DNA from: Bacteroidia bacterium
Lineage (GTDB): Bacteria > Bacteroidota > Bacteroidia > NS11-12g > UBA9320
NCBI GenBank assembly: GCA_965216465.1
Contig: CBDCFW010000004.1
Coordinates: forward strand, 64,001-128,000
DNA length: 64,000 nucleotides
Reading direction: 5' to 3'
This document shows, piece by piece, positions 49,844-60,644 of this stretch. Both the position numbers and the translations under genes were made by a program. Position 1 is the stretch's first letter, and every line of letters starts with the position of its first letter. The notes beneath the pieces were generated by a model. The model made no database searches. It was given only the letters and a program-made list of their open reading frames with translations, and was not told where the DNA came from.

Positions 49844-51024
49844 GCTTAGATCCAATACATAAAAGCGATTTTGATTTTGATCTACCTGATGATCGAATTG
49901 CAAAATTTCCTTTAGAGAATCGCTCTGATTCAAAGCTTCTGGTTTATCGTGATGAAACTATTGAGCTCAATCAATTTAAGCACATTGGTGAATTTTTAAA
50001 CGAAGGTAGCTTGTTGGTAATGAACAACGCCAAGGTAATTCCTGCTAGACTTTACTTTAAACGAGCCAGTGGTGCCGCCATTGAGATTTTGCTTCTTGAA
50101 CCCGTGCTTCCTGCAAGTTATGAAGAGGCGTTTAATGCGAAGGGATCAACACGATGGAAGTGCATTATTGGCAATTCAAAGAAGTGGAAAGATGATGAAC
50201 GAATATTCTTCGCTGAGCATCCTGAATTAATCTACGCAATACTCATCGACCGAGAACAACGAATTGTTGAATTAAATTGGGACTCAGAAATCAACTTCAC
50301 AACGATGTTAGATAAGATTGGTGAATTGCCATTGCCTCCTTATCTCAATCGAAGTACTGAAGAAAGTGATTATAAGACGTACCAAACTGTTTTTGCAAAG
50401 AAGGAAGGATCCGTGGCAGCACCAACTGCAGGACTGCATTTTACGGATGATGTTTTTGAAAACTTAGCTTCAAAGTCAATTGATAGGGCAGAGGTCACAC
50501 TTCATGTAGGAGCAGGTACATTTTTACCTGTAAAGGAAGAAAACGTGCTTAATCATGATATGCATCGTGAACATTTTGAAGTTTCAAAGTCAACTATTGC
50601 TCAGTTTATGGAAGCCAAAGAAATGGTTGCTGTGGGCACGACGACACTTCGCGTTTTGGAAAGTCTGTATTGGCTTGGTGTGCAGCTAGATTCAGGCAAT
50701 ACAAATCTTCTTGTTAAAAAATTGGAGCCTTACGAAGTGAGTTCTGATTTGAGTTATAAAGATGCACTCCGAGCGATAATAAAATATTTGGAGTCTGTTG
50801 GTTCAGATAGTCTTCAAGCCGCTACAGAGATCATGATATTGCCTCATTACAGGTTAAAAAGTATAAAGGCTTTGATTACCAATTTCCACCTACCAAAAAG
50901 CACATTGTTAATGTTAATTGGAAGTGCAATTGGAGGTGAATGGAAGAAAATATATAAAACAGCATTAGATAATGACTTTCGTTTCTTAAGCTATGGCGAC
51001 AGCAGCTTGCTGTATGTGAAATAA
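49840..51024 (+). CDS. queA: SAM:tRNA ribosyltransferase-isomerase
   Basis: DF.LP...IA..P, PLPPY, YQTV, GSVAAPTAGLHF, TLHVGAGTF, TNFHLP, SYGD. Start at the ATGA overlap with dprA. Confidence 0.95.
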   Translation: MSLDPIHKSDFDFDLPDDRIAKFPLENRSDSKLLVYRDETIELNQFKHIGEFLNEGSLLVMNNAKVIPARLYFKRASGAAIEILLLEPVLPASYEEAFNAKGSTRWKCIIGNSKKWKDDERIFFAEHPELIYAILIDREQRIVELNWDSEINFTTMLDKIGELPLPPYLNRSTEESDYKTYQTVFAKKEGSVAAPTAGLHFTDDVFENLASKSIDRAEVTLHVGAGTFLPVKEENVLNHDMHREHFEVSKSTIAQFMEAKEMVAVGTTTLRVLESLYWLGVQLDSGNTNLLVKKLEPYEVSSDLSYKDALRAIIKYLESVGSDSLQAATEIMILPHYRLKSIKALITNFHLPKSTLLMLIGSAIGGEWKKIYKTALDNDFRFLSYGDSSLLYVK

Positions 51025-51042
51025 GTTATTTTTGCTTGCAAC

Positions 51043-51116
51043 GGGGAATTAGCTCAGTTGGCTAGAGCGCTACACTGGCAGTGTAGAGGCCACCGGTTCG
51101 AGCCCGGTATTCTCCA
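51043..51116 (+). tRNA. tRNA-Ala (GGC)
   Basis: Cloverleaf with acceptor GGGGAAT/ATTCTCC (G3:U70), anticodon stem CTACA/TGTAG, loop CTGGCAG, T arm ACCGG-TTCGAGC-CCGGT; CCA not encoded. Confidence 0.98.
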
Positions 51117-51117
51117 C

Positions 51118-51150
51118 AAAAAAGCCTAGATACTTCGTCTAGGCTTTTTT
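51118..51150. terminator. Bidirectional intrinsic terminator
   Basis: AAAAAAGCCTAGA-TACTTCG-TCTAGGCTTTTTT between the tRNA and a convergent gene. Confidence 0.92.
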
Positions 51151-51151
51151 A

Positions 51152-54100
51152 TTACATCTTCACAAACCTCTGAACAACCCGATAGTTTTCTCCTTCTGCT
51201 TTTATGAAGTACACCCCAGGAGCCAAGTCTGACACATCAAGTCGATTCGATTTTAATTTACTTTGTTTTACAGCCAAGACCTTGCCTGAAAGGTCCATAA
51301 TTGAAAGTTGCACAGTTTTATCATTTTTAAGAACTTCAACATGCAGCTTACCTTCAGTTGGATTTGGATATACCTTCAGCCAATTCTCTGCATTTGGGGT
51401 GAACATCGAGCCCGTTGAATCAATAGTTGTAGTGTCTTCCTCAATCTCTACTTCAGGAATACTGGTTAAGATATAAGGGTAATTAATACTTCCGATTTCT
51501 GTTGATTGCGCTCCGAGATATAATGTTTCTAAAGCAGAATAAACTACACCTTTACTAGCATCCCACATTTTGAAAGTAGCAGTATCGGAAGAGTTAGTGT
51601 ATACCTTAAGCTTTGCAAAATACTTGTCAGCTATTTCATTGTGCTCTATGTGCCCAAATCCTTTAACCTTGTCACCTTTATTATTATAAACAAATATGAT
51701 ATCGTTCAAATCTTCTGAAAGCTGTTGCTCAGCTCTATCTGGATCTTCAAATTGGAGATACATGGTGGTTTGTTGCTCCGACGTGTCAACTGTAAATCCG
51801 CCTTGAGTGAAAGCAGATGGTGTCTGATTTGCAATGGTAAGATTTACAATCAATGCTATCTTGTTGTTTGAATACTCATCAACTAAAAATATTGTGTCTA
51901 TGTAATTCGCAGGATCTCTTTTCGTATTTAATGTAAATTCAATCTCATCGAGATCATCTGATTTAACATTCCCTCTATTATTGTCTGGGATGTACCAAAA
52001 TGGAGATTCGATTTTATAGTCTCGATTTGTAGAAGTGGTATTTAGAATGGAGTCTTTGAATGAATAATAAGCATCTTGCTGAACATGGATGGTTTTAGTA
52101 TTGGTGGACCATTTAAGATTGTTGAAATTCACCACAAAAGACCACGTCACCATTTTTCGTATGATGTTTTCTTCTTTATCAAATACATTGAGTAAAGTAA
52201 CATTTAAACGCTCTCCGTCGTACTTTTCTAGGAGCGATCCGCTCATCAAAATCCTCACCTTCTTGCCATCTGCCCGATAATCCGCTTCTAGCGAATTACC
52301 ATCATTATCTTTGACAATTACTGCTGTATGGCTAGAATGGCATTCAATTTCTTTGTTGAATTCTGCATAAATAAACTCATTTGGGTGTATATAACCACCA
52401 GAAGGATAGGTCGCAATTAATACAGTTGGTGCAATAAATCGATCTATTGTAAAGCGAACGGTTTTTGAATAGCTTTTTGCATTAGGAGATACACATGTAC
52501 TGGCCACCCTTAGCATGTAAACCCCATTCTTAAGTTTTTTAAGGTCCATCAAGTAGTCATAAATCTCACCAGAAAGTTCACTTTTAGTTATGGTTTTTAG
52601 ATTGGTCCAATAGGCCTCGTTGTCACGCTTGTATTGAATAGTTAGTTTTGAAAGTGAAGCATCATTGGCATCAAAATCGGTAAATGAGATGTTCAGTTCT
52701 TCTTTAGAGTTTAAGACTTGTCCGTCATGCGGTTGTGCAATAGACACTTGATTGCAATTTGATTTAAAGTATGCCGAAACATAGGTGTGGTCATAAGCTT
52801 CATCGTCGCTATCGCATTCGGGTTGAACCAGCAATCTAATTTTTTCATAGCTTGCTGAGATTGGACCTTTTTCTAAAGTAAGAGGCAACGTTAAACTTGA
52901 TTTTGCCGGAACTTCAATCTCATAAGGTGAAGATGATAAATTGTGACCAGCAATTTTTAGAATGGCCCCATCAGGGTTAGAAGCAGCATCAACTGAAATT
53001 AAATAGGTTGGATCTTCTATGGAAGAAGTAGTTTCGCTTAAATCAGCTAAGGTTAACATGTAAACCGCCTCCTCATCTTCTTCAATATCAAATTTCACTG
53101 GATTTTCTACTAAAAGGTTAGGGCCGAACCTAGCTTGCGTGTTGTCTTCAATCGGGCAACTACTTACACCTGCTACTGTTCTAAAACCAATGGTCCCAAA
53201 GCGTTCATCTTCTACTACATCCACAGAGAAGTTGTCACCTTGATCTTCATCGCTCAGCACATAGCCAACGGTTTTTGATGACGCTGATCCAAAACTCTTG
53301 CTTGTAGACGCTGTAAAATTAAACCCTACTCTGCCGCCTATTTCAAGATTTAGGAATTCATTGTCTTCACCGACAAATAAGCTAGTCGCCACTTCGAAAG
53401 CGAGAAAGTTCTCATAATTAATTGATATCGTTGATTCGTTACTTGTCGTTGTACTCTTTTCAATTTCGGTTCCGCTTGAAAAACTTAAGTTCTGGATTGT
53501 AGGAGCATTCTCAATTGCTTTTTCGTTGTGTTCAACTACCTGTTCCCAAACGTCGATGTACGATTGAAGGATGACTGCTGTGTCTCTACTACTAAGCAAT
53601 TTAAGAGCTTCTAAATCGGGTATTATAACATCTTTGATGTGCCCAATTGTATACGAATAGGTGGTAGCCAGGCCATCTTCACCCCAAACTAAACTGGTAT
53701 CCTGAATTATGGAGCAACTTGCTTTATCATAAGCGAGCACGTCAGTAAGGGCATAAATCATATTGAATGAGGCACCAACAACGATATCGGCATCTTGACC
53801 TACATAGTCAGGACTTGAAGAAGTGCTAAATACTTGATTTTGTATGGTGGTTTGTACCGAGACTACTTCGTTTGAATTTGTATTCGAATTTTCGAGACTA
53901 AAATTCACATGTACGGATGAGCCAATTTCTTTGCCTGTGAATGGAACAGGTATTCCAAATCCAACCTTAGCATTAACAAAGAAGCCACCTGAGTGAGTCC
54001 CATTGAGAAACTCTGGGAAAACTCTTGTTGAAATGTAGTTTCTTCTTCCATATAGCTGTAGCTTCCACTACCTGGAGGGTCATGAAGAATGAAAAAAGGA

Positions 54101-56691
54101 AGTTCAGGCGTTTTGGTCACAAAGGTTTGTTGGCGAGGTCGATGTCCTTCAACAAAAGACCACAAGGTGTTTTGAGCTCGATTTGTTTCGCTTGAGCCAA
54201 TACTCTTAAAGGTTGCATTTACCCGTTTTTGATTTGGGTAGTTCCCAGTTCGAATTAAGTTCGGCAAACCTGGGTTGATAGGATGAAAAGCTGCACCATC
54301 TTTAACTTCAAGTTCTATGACTTCACCTAAATCTGATATTTCGTCATCAATTTGAATAAGGCCCGTATCAACCAGACATGCATGATGATTATAATAATCG
54401 TGAACTTCTGTTACCTGAAATAGGAGAGTATACTGTTCTCCCTGTTTTAAATAATGTGTAGAGTCTCCATTGATACAGATTTTATCAGGTGGATTAACAA
54501 TGTCTAGGCTGTAATCTCCTTGATATTTAAATAAGGCTGAATGTGAGCTATCCGGATGAGAAAGATCAACATGTTTAGATCCCAGCTTGTTTATGATGTT
54601 TGAATTTGGTGGCCACATATTAACTACTTCAACATCGTAATTTGTTGCAGGTAGAATTAAGGACATGGACCCACCATCTGCGGCATAAACTTTGGTGTAT
54701 TGGGTAAAACAGCTTTTTCCATCCGCAGTGTTTGTAATCATTACGAGTACTGAATCCGCAACTGGAGAGCCACATCCTGAAAGTACAGATAAGTGAAGTG
54801 TGTCGACCGTTGTACTGGTAAAATCCAACGAATCAATATCTCCATTAATATTTACTGACAATGAATTCGGGGCAAAGCTAAACGATCGATTTCCGACTTC
54901 ATGTTTTACACCTATTGTATAGTTTCCGGGTTCTTCAATGATTAAGGTGAATTCACCATTTTCGTCGGTGCTGTATATTGTTGGATTTCCATCTAAGGTG
55001 ATAACGGCTCCAGCAATCGGACAAGAATTTTGAGCATTTCGGGTGACTTTCCCAGTCAGCACATAAGAAGTTGTGTCTTTAAACAAAAGTCCAGTCGCTG
55101 TAGGTACAGAAATGTCTAATGAACGAGTGACCTTAGAGGGGTCGTAGTAATGCTTTTCAAGATGAGGGAAAATCTCATATTGGGCAACTCCTCTTCCGTA
55201 GTTAATATTTCGAATATCAAAAGATCCTGTATTATCTGTGGTGTCTGAGTAAAAATAGTCGAAGTCGTCAATTACAGCTCGTGCAACTACGGGAACTCCT
55301 TCTATCGGATTATTGCTCTTTGTTACAACCTTGCCCGTTACCCTTCCGTTTTCATCTCGCTTACCAAAGCAGTAAGTCTCTTCAAATACACGATCATACT
55401 GGTCAATGAGCTGAATTCGGTAAATATACTTTTGGCCTGGGATGGCGTTAACATCAGTTAGCGATACGGTGCTTTTGTTTGTAGTTGTGGTTAGAACGTT
55501 CCATTCTCTAGGATCTCCAACATTTTGCGATAGCACACGTATGCTGTTTAAACCACTCGCTCCTGATAGATTATCCCAAGTTACTCTAATTCCATTAAAT
55601 GATGAGCTTGCCGAGGCCCTATAATTAGGGGGCCGGGGAACAATGTATAGCGGATAGGTATGATAATCATCGTGAAAGTCTGAATTAACATCGAGGTTCT
55701 CAAAACTTGTAAGCTCAAAATAAGTAAAGGCTGGGCTTAATTTCAGTTCTGCCATATAAACCTTGCCTATAACAACAGGTGAGGTATAATCAGAGTTTAG
55801 TGAAGGAAAAATACTTGAAGTTTGGGTATATAAGTTGAAATCAACTGTAGATGTTCCCCACGTTGAAGATTTACGTGCACTTTTCTTGGCCCCTCCAATC
55901 GTGTCACCATCAACCCATTTCATAGAGAAGTAAAACCGTTCATCATCATGAATTTTAATGTCATATAAGAAATCAAGGCGCACTTTACAGCGATTGTTCG
56001 GCGAAGTGGGTTTTGAAGGATCAAAGCTTCGCTGAATGTACGTGACCTCTCCCGGGTTAGAACGCTTTTGAATCTTGCCTGATTGAAGCATTAGGCTTTG
56101 AGTATGGCTCACGCAAACCGTGTTTGAACTATCGGCTGGGTCAAAGGTTCTAATCTCAAATTTATAATAGACTTTTTGATTCGAATGGCAAGGAAGGGTC
56201 ACTTCAACATCCTCAAAAGGTCGATATACAGTGTCACTGGATGACTCAAAACGGTGCTGCAACGGATAATCTAACCATCCCGATGCGGTATAGGCAATAT
56301 CCGATTTCATGGTAATGGTGTCAAACTTGGTATACTTGAAGAAGTGGTCGTAATGTTCAGGAACATAGAAGTAGTAGAAAGTATCGTTGTCTGACGAGTA
56401 CATAGGTAAATAGATGTGTGTTAGATTCGAGCTGCTAGATCCGCTATAACAAGATGACTTATACCCATTGTGCCGTAGATGAAATTTGTTGTACAGTGCC
56501 GGAATATTTGCAAGGTTAGGGTCGTGGTGATAAATTGGATTTAAATGATATGCAGTATCAAGCGTTGAGGCCGATTGTGCCGAAGTCTGAGTTGATACCA
56601 AGAAAAGACCAATGAGTACTGTTAAGCGAGAGAAGATGTTCTTAGCTCTGTTGCAATCGTCAAGAAAAGTGAGATGTGGTCGAAGAATCAT
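51152..56691 (-). pseudogene. Large (~1,850 aa) multidomain T9SS cargo gene split by a frameshift near 54000 (ORFs 53905-56691 and 51152-53908)
   Basis: The upstream ORF has the signal peptide but no CTD; the downstream ORF has the CTD (VYPNPT..LAPGVYFIK..RFVK) but no signal peptide. The downstream frame is open back to 54067 and reads GTHSGGFFVNAKVGFG... Confidence 0.8.
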
Positions 56692-56762
56692 TGGGCAATT
56701 ATATTTCGCTCCAACAATTCAAATTGTAGTAATTCAGCTACAACCAGCTCACCTATAGATAA

Positions 56763-57258
56763 TTAATAGGTTTTTCTTAAATCCACCAAGCGCGTTTCAA
56801 GTGTGCCGTCATTGTCTACTTTGAAATATACAAATTGACCATTTGTTATAGCTCCATTTTCGCCAAGAATTAATATTGTAGTAGGAAATGAGTCTTGTTC
56901 AATAAAGTGACACATCGCTTCAACTTTACTCGAAGGTATTTCAGGCCAAAGATCTCTTGCAACTCAACGAGAATTTCCATCACCATCCTTCAGATTTTCG
57001 TCAGTATAGTCAGCTAGAAGTTAAGGGTAGTAGCCCCCAATTGAGGCGTCATACATGATAGCTTCTATTCCTCCCTCAAATGAAGAATGAGAGGTTACAC
57101 CGTAATCTCCACCCAAAATTTCTAAGGTTTGAGGAATGTTGGAGTTTACTTCAATCCTGTCCTCGTATTGGCTGTTTTAATGTTTTCAACCTACTGAGAA
57201 TACTGTTGAGGTGAAAGCATAATCAGAACCAAAGCCATTAACTTTTAAAAAGAGTCAT
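56763..57258 (-). pseudogene. Decayed ORF of a probably secreted protein, hemopexin-like motifs
   Basis: One frame, 57176 to 56763, reads as protein with two in-frame stops (57021-23, 56964-66); a frameshifted signal-peptide-like piece starts at ATG 57258. Confidence 0.6.
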
Positions 57259-57380
57259 TGCGTTTGTCAATTAGAAATAGCAATTTTAGCGATGGATTAC
57301 TTGCTAAAATCCACTTGATGTCTAATCTAGTGTAATAAAATGCCAATATCCCTAATAGTTTTATTTCATTTGTAGCATTC

Positions 57381-58238
57381 ATGATGCCAAACACGTATTC
57401 TATTAAAAATGAGTTTCTTGAAGTAAAAATTAAGCGAAAAGGTGCTGAAATTTGCTCGGTTGTAGATTCAAATGGTTTCGAGTTTATTTGGCAGGCTGAA
57501 CCTGTATGGGAAAGACATGCTCCGATTTTATTTCCTGTGGTAGGTAGTCTGTTGGATCACGAGTTCAAATATAATGGCACAACGTATCCGCTAAGGCATC
57601 ATGGATTTGCAAGAGATTTAGATTTTAACCTTCTGCATCAGTCTGAGCATTCAGCTTGTTTCGTATTGCAACACAATGAGGAAACATTAAACGAGTATCC
57701 GTTCCAATTTACATTTTTAGTGACGTACACGCTAAAAGAGAATAGCCTAGAGCAAAGATTTAGGGTAATCAATCACAATGAGACTTCGATGCCTGTATCA
57801 TTTGGGGGTCATCCGGCATTCAACACAAACCCTGTAGACGAATTTTATGTGCAATTTGAACAAGATGAAGAAATTCCAACAAACCGGTTGTCTGGTCCCT
57901 ATATAAATGAAGTTGAAGAGAAAATTATTGAAGGCAATAGACTCAACTTAACTAAGAGTATTTTTAACCAAGATGCGTTGATATTTGATGGTCTAAAATC
58001 GCAGTATGTTAGTCTCCGCCACAAAACCTCAAATTTTCAAGTTGAGGTTACATTACAAGGCTTCCCTTATCTAGGTATTTGGGCTAAGCCTGGGGCTCCA
58101 TTTGTTTGTATTGAACCGTGGCAAGGTTTGGCTGATTTAACAAGCCACAACAAACAAATTAATCAGAAAAAAGGAATTGTTTTTGTCGATCGGAATGATG
58201 AAATCACAAGGTCATTCACCATGAAGTTTACGAGCTAA
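57381..58238 (+). CDS. Aldose 1-epimerase family protein (LacX-like)
   Basis: GAE..S, W...AP.LFP.VG, HGFARD, YPF.F, G.HPAF, FVCIEPW.G. Confidence 0.93.
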   Translation: MMPNTYSIKNEFLEVKIKRKGAEICSVVDSNGFEFIWQAEPVWERHAPILFPVVGSLLDHEFKYNGTTYPLRHHGFARDLDFNLLHQSEHSACFVLQHNEETLNEYPFQFTFLVTYTLKENSLEQRFRVINHNETSMPVSFGGHPAFNTNPVDEFYVQFEQDEEIPTNRLSGPYINEVEEKIIEGNRLNLTKSIFNQDALIFDGLKSQYVSLRHKTSNFQVEVTLQGFPYLGIWAKPGAPFVCIEPWQGLADLTSHNKQINQKKGIVFVDRNDEITRSFTMKFTS

Positions 58239-59122
58239 GATTTTTTAATGTCGTCGTAACGGTTACGGTTAGCGGGATCAAGCTGTCCGAGCAATTCAAC
58301 CGCTCTATTCTTCATTCCTGGATCAGCTTTCTTAAAAATGTTAATCAGCTCATCGCGTTTGGTGTTAAAGAATATTTTGAACATTACCGAGTTCGGAAGG
58401 TCTTGCTGTACACTTCTAATCTTTTCTAGTGCAGAAAATATTTCTCGTCTTGCTTCTTCTGGGTTGTCTTTAAATTCATCCATTCCATTAATATGAAACT
58501 GATAGTAAGCTGCCCGAAGTGGTTTGAATCGAGAATCCATTAGGTTGTCGATGATATAATACTTGTTTCGATTACCTCGTCCATCACTTGGATTCCAACC
58601 TTGTGTATTTTGAGCTAAGTTTCGAATTTCAAGAGCTTTAGTAAAGTATTGAGATCCACCTTCTGGATAGAAAGAATCAAAGTCCATACCTATAATTATG
58701 TTAGCGTAAAAGGCCAATAATGTCGTTAATGAGTTCACATTAGCGTTCTCTTGAAAATCAAGCGTCTGAAACTGGGCATATTGAAAATACCATTCTTGAT
58801 CGAAATGATTAAAGATTGGTGTGTTGTAAGTTGTTCCGTAAACAGGGCGACTTGATGTAATATTTACCTCAGCACTAAATTGGTCTATGTTGAAATTGGT
58901 AATGTTGATTACTAAATTGCAGTTAATCTTTTCTTGAGGTTGAATCTTATCACTAATCCATTTACGCTGGTTTATAAATTGGGTTATCGATCGTTGAAGA
59001 TCGTCAAATATTTCTTTGTTAGAGGCTTGAATGTTGTCTGCTCGTACTTGAACCGTACAATTCAGATCTTGTGCCTTTGTGTGTAAAGAGAATAAGATTA
59101 AAATGAAAATAAATTTTCTCAT
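58235..59122 (-). CDS. DUF4835 family protein (T9SS-associated PorD-like)
   Basis: AQ.LNC.V.V, F.N.RKW, SSRPVY, AFYA..IIG.D.DSF...GG; usual position downstream of coaBC. Confidence 0.85.
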   Translation of the reverse strand: MRKFIFILILFSLHTKAQDLNCTVQVRADNIQASNKEIFDDLQRSITQFINQRKWISDKIQPQEKINCNLVINITNFNIDQFSAEVNITSSRPVYGTTYNTPIFNHFDQEWYFQYAQFQTLDFQENANVNSLTTLLAFYANIIIGMDFDSFYPEGGSQYFTKALEIRNLAQNTQGWNPSDGRGNRNKYYIIDNLMDSRFKPLRAAYYQFHINGMDEFKDNPEEARREIFSALEKIRSVQQDLPNSVMFKIFFNTKRDELINIFKKADPGMKNRAVELLGQLDPANRNRYDDIKKS

Positions 59123-60315
59123 AAATAGGTTTTCAGAATGCGTATAATGTCTTTGGCTACTTCTGATTTGGGTTTGGTTTCAAAATTATGACTTTTACCA
59201 TTCTTTTCAAGAATCGTTATTTTGTTTGTGTCTGTTCCGAAACCTGCACCTTTATCGTTTAGCGAATTTAGAACGATGAAGTCTAAGTTTTTCTTTTCAA
59301 GCTTTGTCAAAGCATTATCATATTCGTTTTCAGTTTCTAGTGCAAAGCCAACTAAGACTTGGTTGTCTTGTTTTACTTCTCCTAGATTTTTAAGCACGTC
59401 TTTAGTCTTGGTTAGTTCTAGCACCAAGTTGTTGTCTTTCTTTTTTATTTTTTGATCTGCTCGATTGGCAGGTTTGTAATCTGCTACCGCAGCACTTAGA
59501 ATGGCGGCATTGCATTTCAAGAAGGCTTGAGAGCATGCTTCATACATTTCCTCTGCAGATTCAATAGCTATTACGTCAACTTGTGGCAGAATTCCTGATT
59601 TGCTTACCGGACCCAGAACCAATTTAACCTGAGCTCCTTGTCGGCTTAACTCATTGGCAATAGCTTTTCCCATTTTACCGGAGCTATAATTTCCAATAAA
59701 ACGAACAGGGTCCAATTTTTCATAGGTTGGACCGGCGTTTACTAAAATAGTTTTGCCCGACAAGCTTTGTGCCTCTTCAAAGAAATCAGAAACTTGATTT
59801 AAAATATCATCGGGTTCACACATGCGTCCCTTTCCAACCAAACCACTTGCCAATTCGCCTTCTCCTGCGGGAAGTTCAATATTTCCAAATTGATTGAGCG
59901 TAGCAATGTTTTCAGATGTAGTAGGATGAATATACATATCAAGATCCATCGCTGGAGCAAAAAATACAGGACAATCTGCAGAGAGGTAGGTAGCAAGCAA
60001 TAGATTGTCGCAGATACCACGTGCCATTTTTGCAATGGTGTTGGCAGTGGCCGGAGCGACAACAAATGCATCGGCCCATTTTCCTAGCTCAACATGATTG
60101 GTCCACTCTCCAGTTTCCTCAACAAAAAAATGCGAATGAATCGCATTTTTTGATAAAGTCGATAAAGTAAGAGGAGTAACAAAGTTCAATGCGTCTGGTG
60201 TGCAAATTACCTGAACTTCAGCACCGTTTTTAACAAACAGTCTTACCAAGGAAGCTGCTTTGTAGGCGGCTATTCCTCCTGTAATACCAATAAGTATTTT
60301 CTTATTATTTAGAAT
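59119..60315 (-). CDS. coaBC: Phosphopantothenoylcysteine decarboxylase / phosphopantothenate-cysteine ligase (probable ATT start)
   Basis: Frame extends upstream of 60249 through ILNNKKILIGITGGIAAYK; HVELG, APATAN, APAM, DPVRFI.N.SSGKMG, AAVADY, VGFALET. Confidence 0.93.
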   Translation of the reverse strand: MLNNKKILIGITGGIAAYKAASLVRLFVKNGAEVQVICTPDALNFVTPLTLSTLSKNAIHSHFFVEETGEWTNHVELGKWADAFVVAPATANTIAKMARGICDNLLLATYLSADCPVFFAPAMDLDMYIHPTTSENIATLNQFGNIELPAGEGELASGLVGKGRMCEPDDILNQVSDFFEEAQSLSGKTILVNAGPTYEKLDPVRFIGNYSSGKMGKAIANELSRQGAQVKLVLGPVSKSGILPQVDVIAIESAEEMYEACSQAFLKCNAAILSAAVADYKPANRADQKIKKKDNNLVLELTKTKDVLKNLGEVKQDNQVLVGFALETENEYDNALTKLEKKNLDFIVLNSLNDKGAGFGTDTNKITILEKNGKSHNFETKPKSEVAKDIIRILKTYL

Positions 60316-60634
60316 CTTCTTTTGCAGGGTTTCTAAAATACACCTTTTCGTTTAGAAATTCCTCAATAGCGATAATGATAGGCTTAGGTAAGCTCTCGTA
60401 GTATTTTGAAATTTCAATTTGTTCTCTATTCTCGAAGATTTCTTCAAGATTGTCATGCTCTGACGCAAATTCTTCTAGTTTGGCAACTAGCTCTTCTTTC
60501 ATAGAAGAAGAAATTTGATTTGCTCGTTTAGCAATAATTGCAACCGACTCATAAAGGTTACCAGATACATTACTTAATTCTCTGGTGTCTCTTGTAATGG
60601 TTGAATTTGGAATTTCTAAATCGCTTATATTCAT
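60305..60634 (-). CDS. rpoZ: RNA polymerase omega subunit
   Basis: GN.YE.V.II.KRANQI, EE.FENREQIEISK.YE..PKP; bamD-rpoZ-coaBC order. Confidence 0.92.
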   Translation of the reverse strand: MNISDLEIPNSTITRDTRELSNVSGNLYESVAIIAKRANQISSSMKEELVAKLEEFASEHDNLEEIFENREQIEISKYYESLPKPIIIAIEEFLNEKVYFRNPAKEDSK

Positions 60635-60644
60635 GATTTGTTGT

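Noticed and set aside
54085-54100. T-TTT-TTC slippery site as a programmed -1 frameshift
   Set aside because: The -1 frame hits TGA and TAG stops within a few codons, before the open region that starts at 54067.
51043-57380. Integrative element at tRNA-Ala
   Set aside because: No integrase, and no duplicated tRNA 3' end found at the far boundary.
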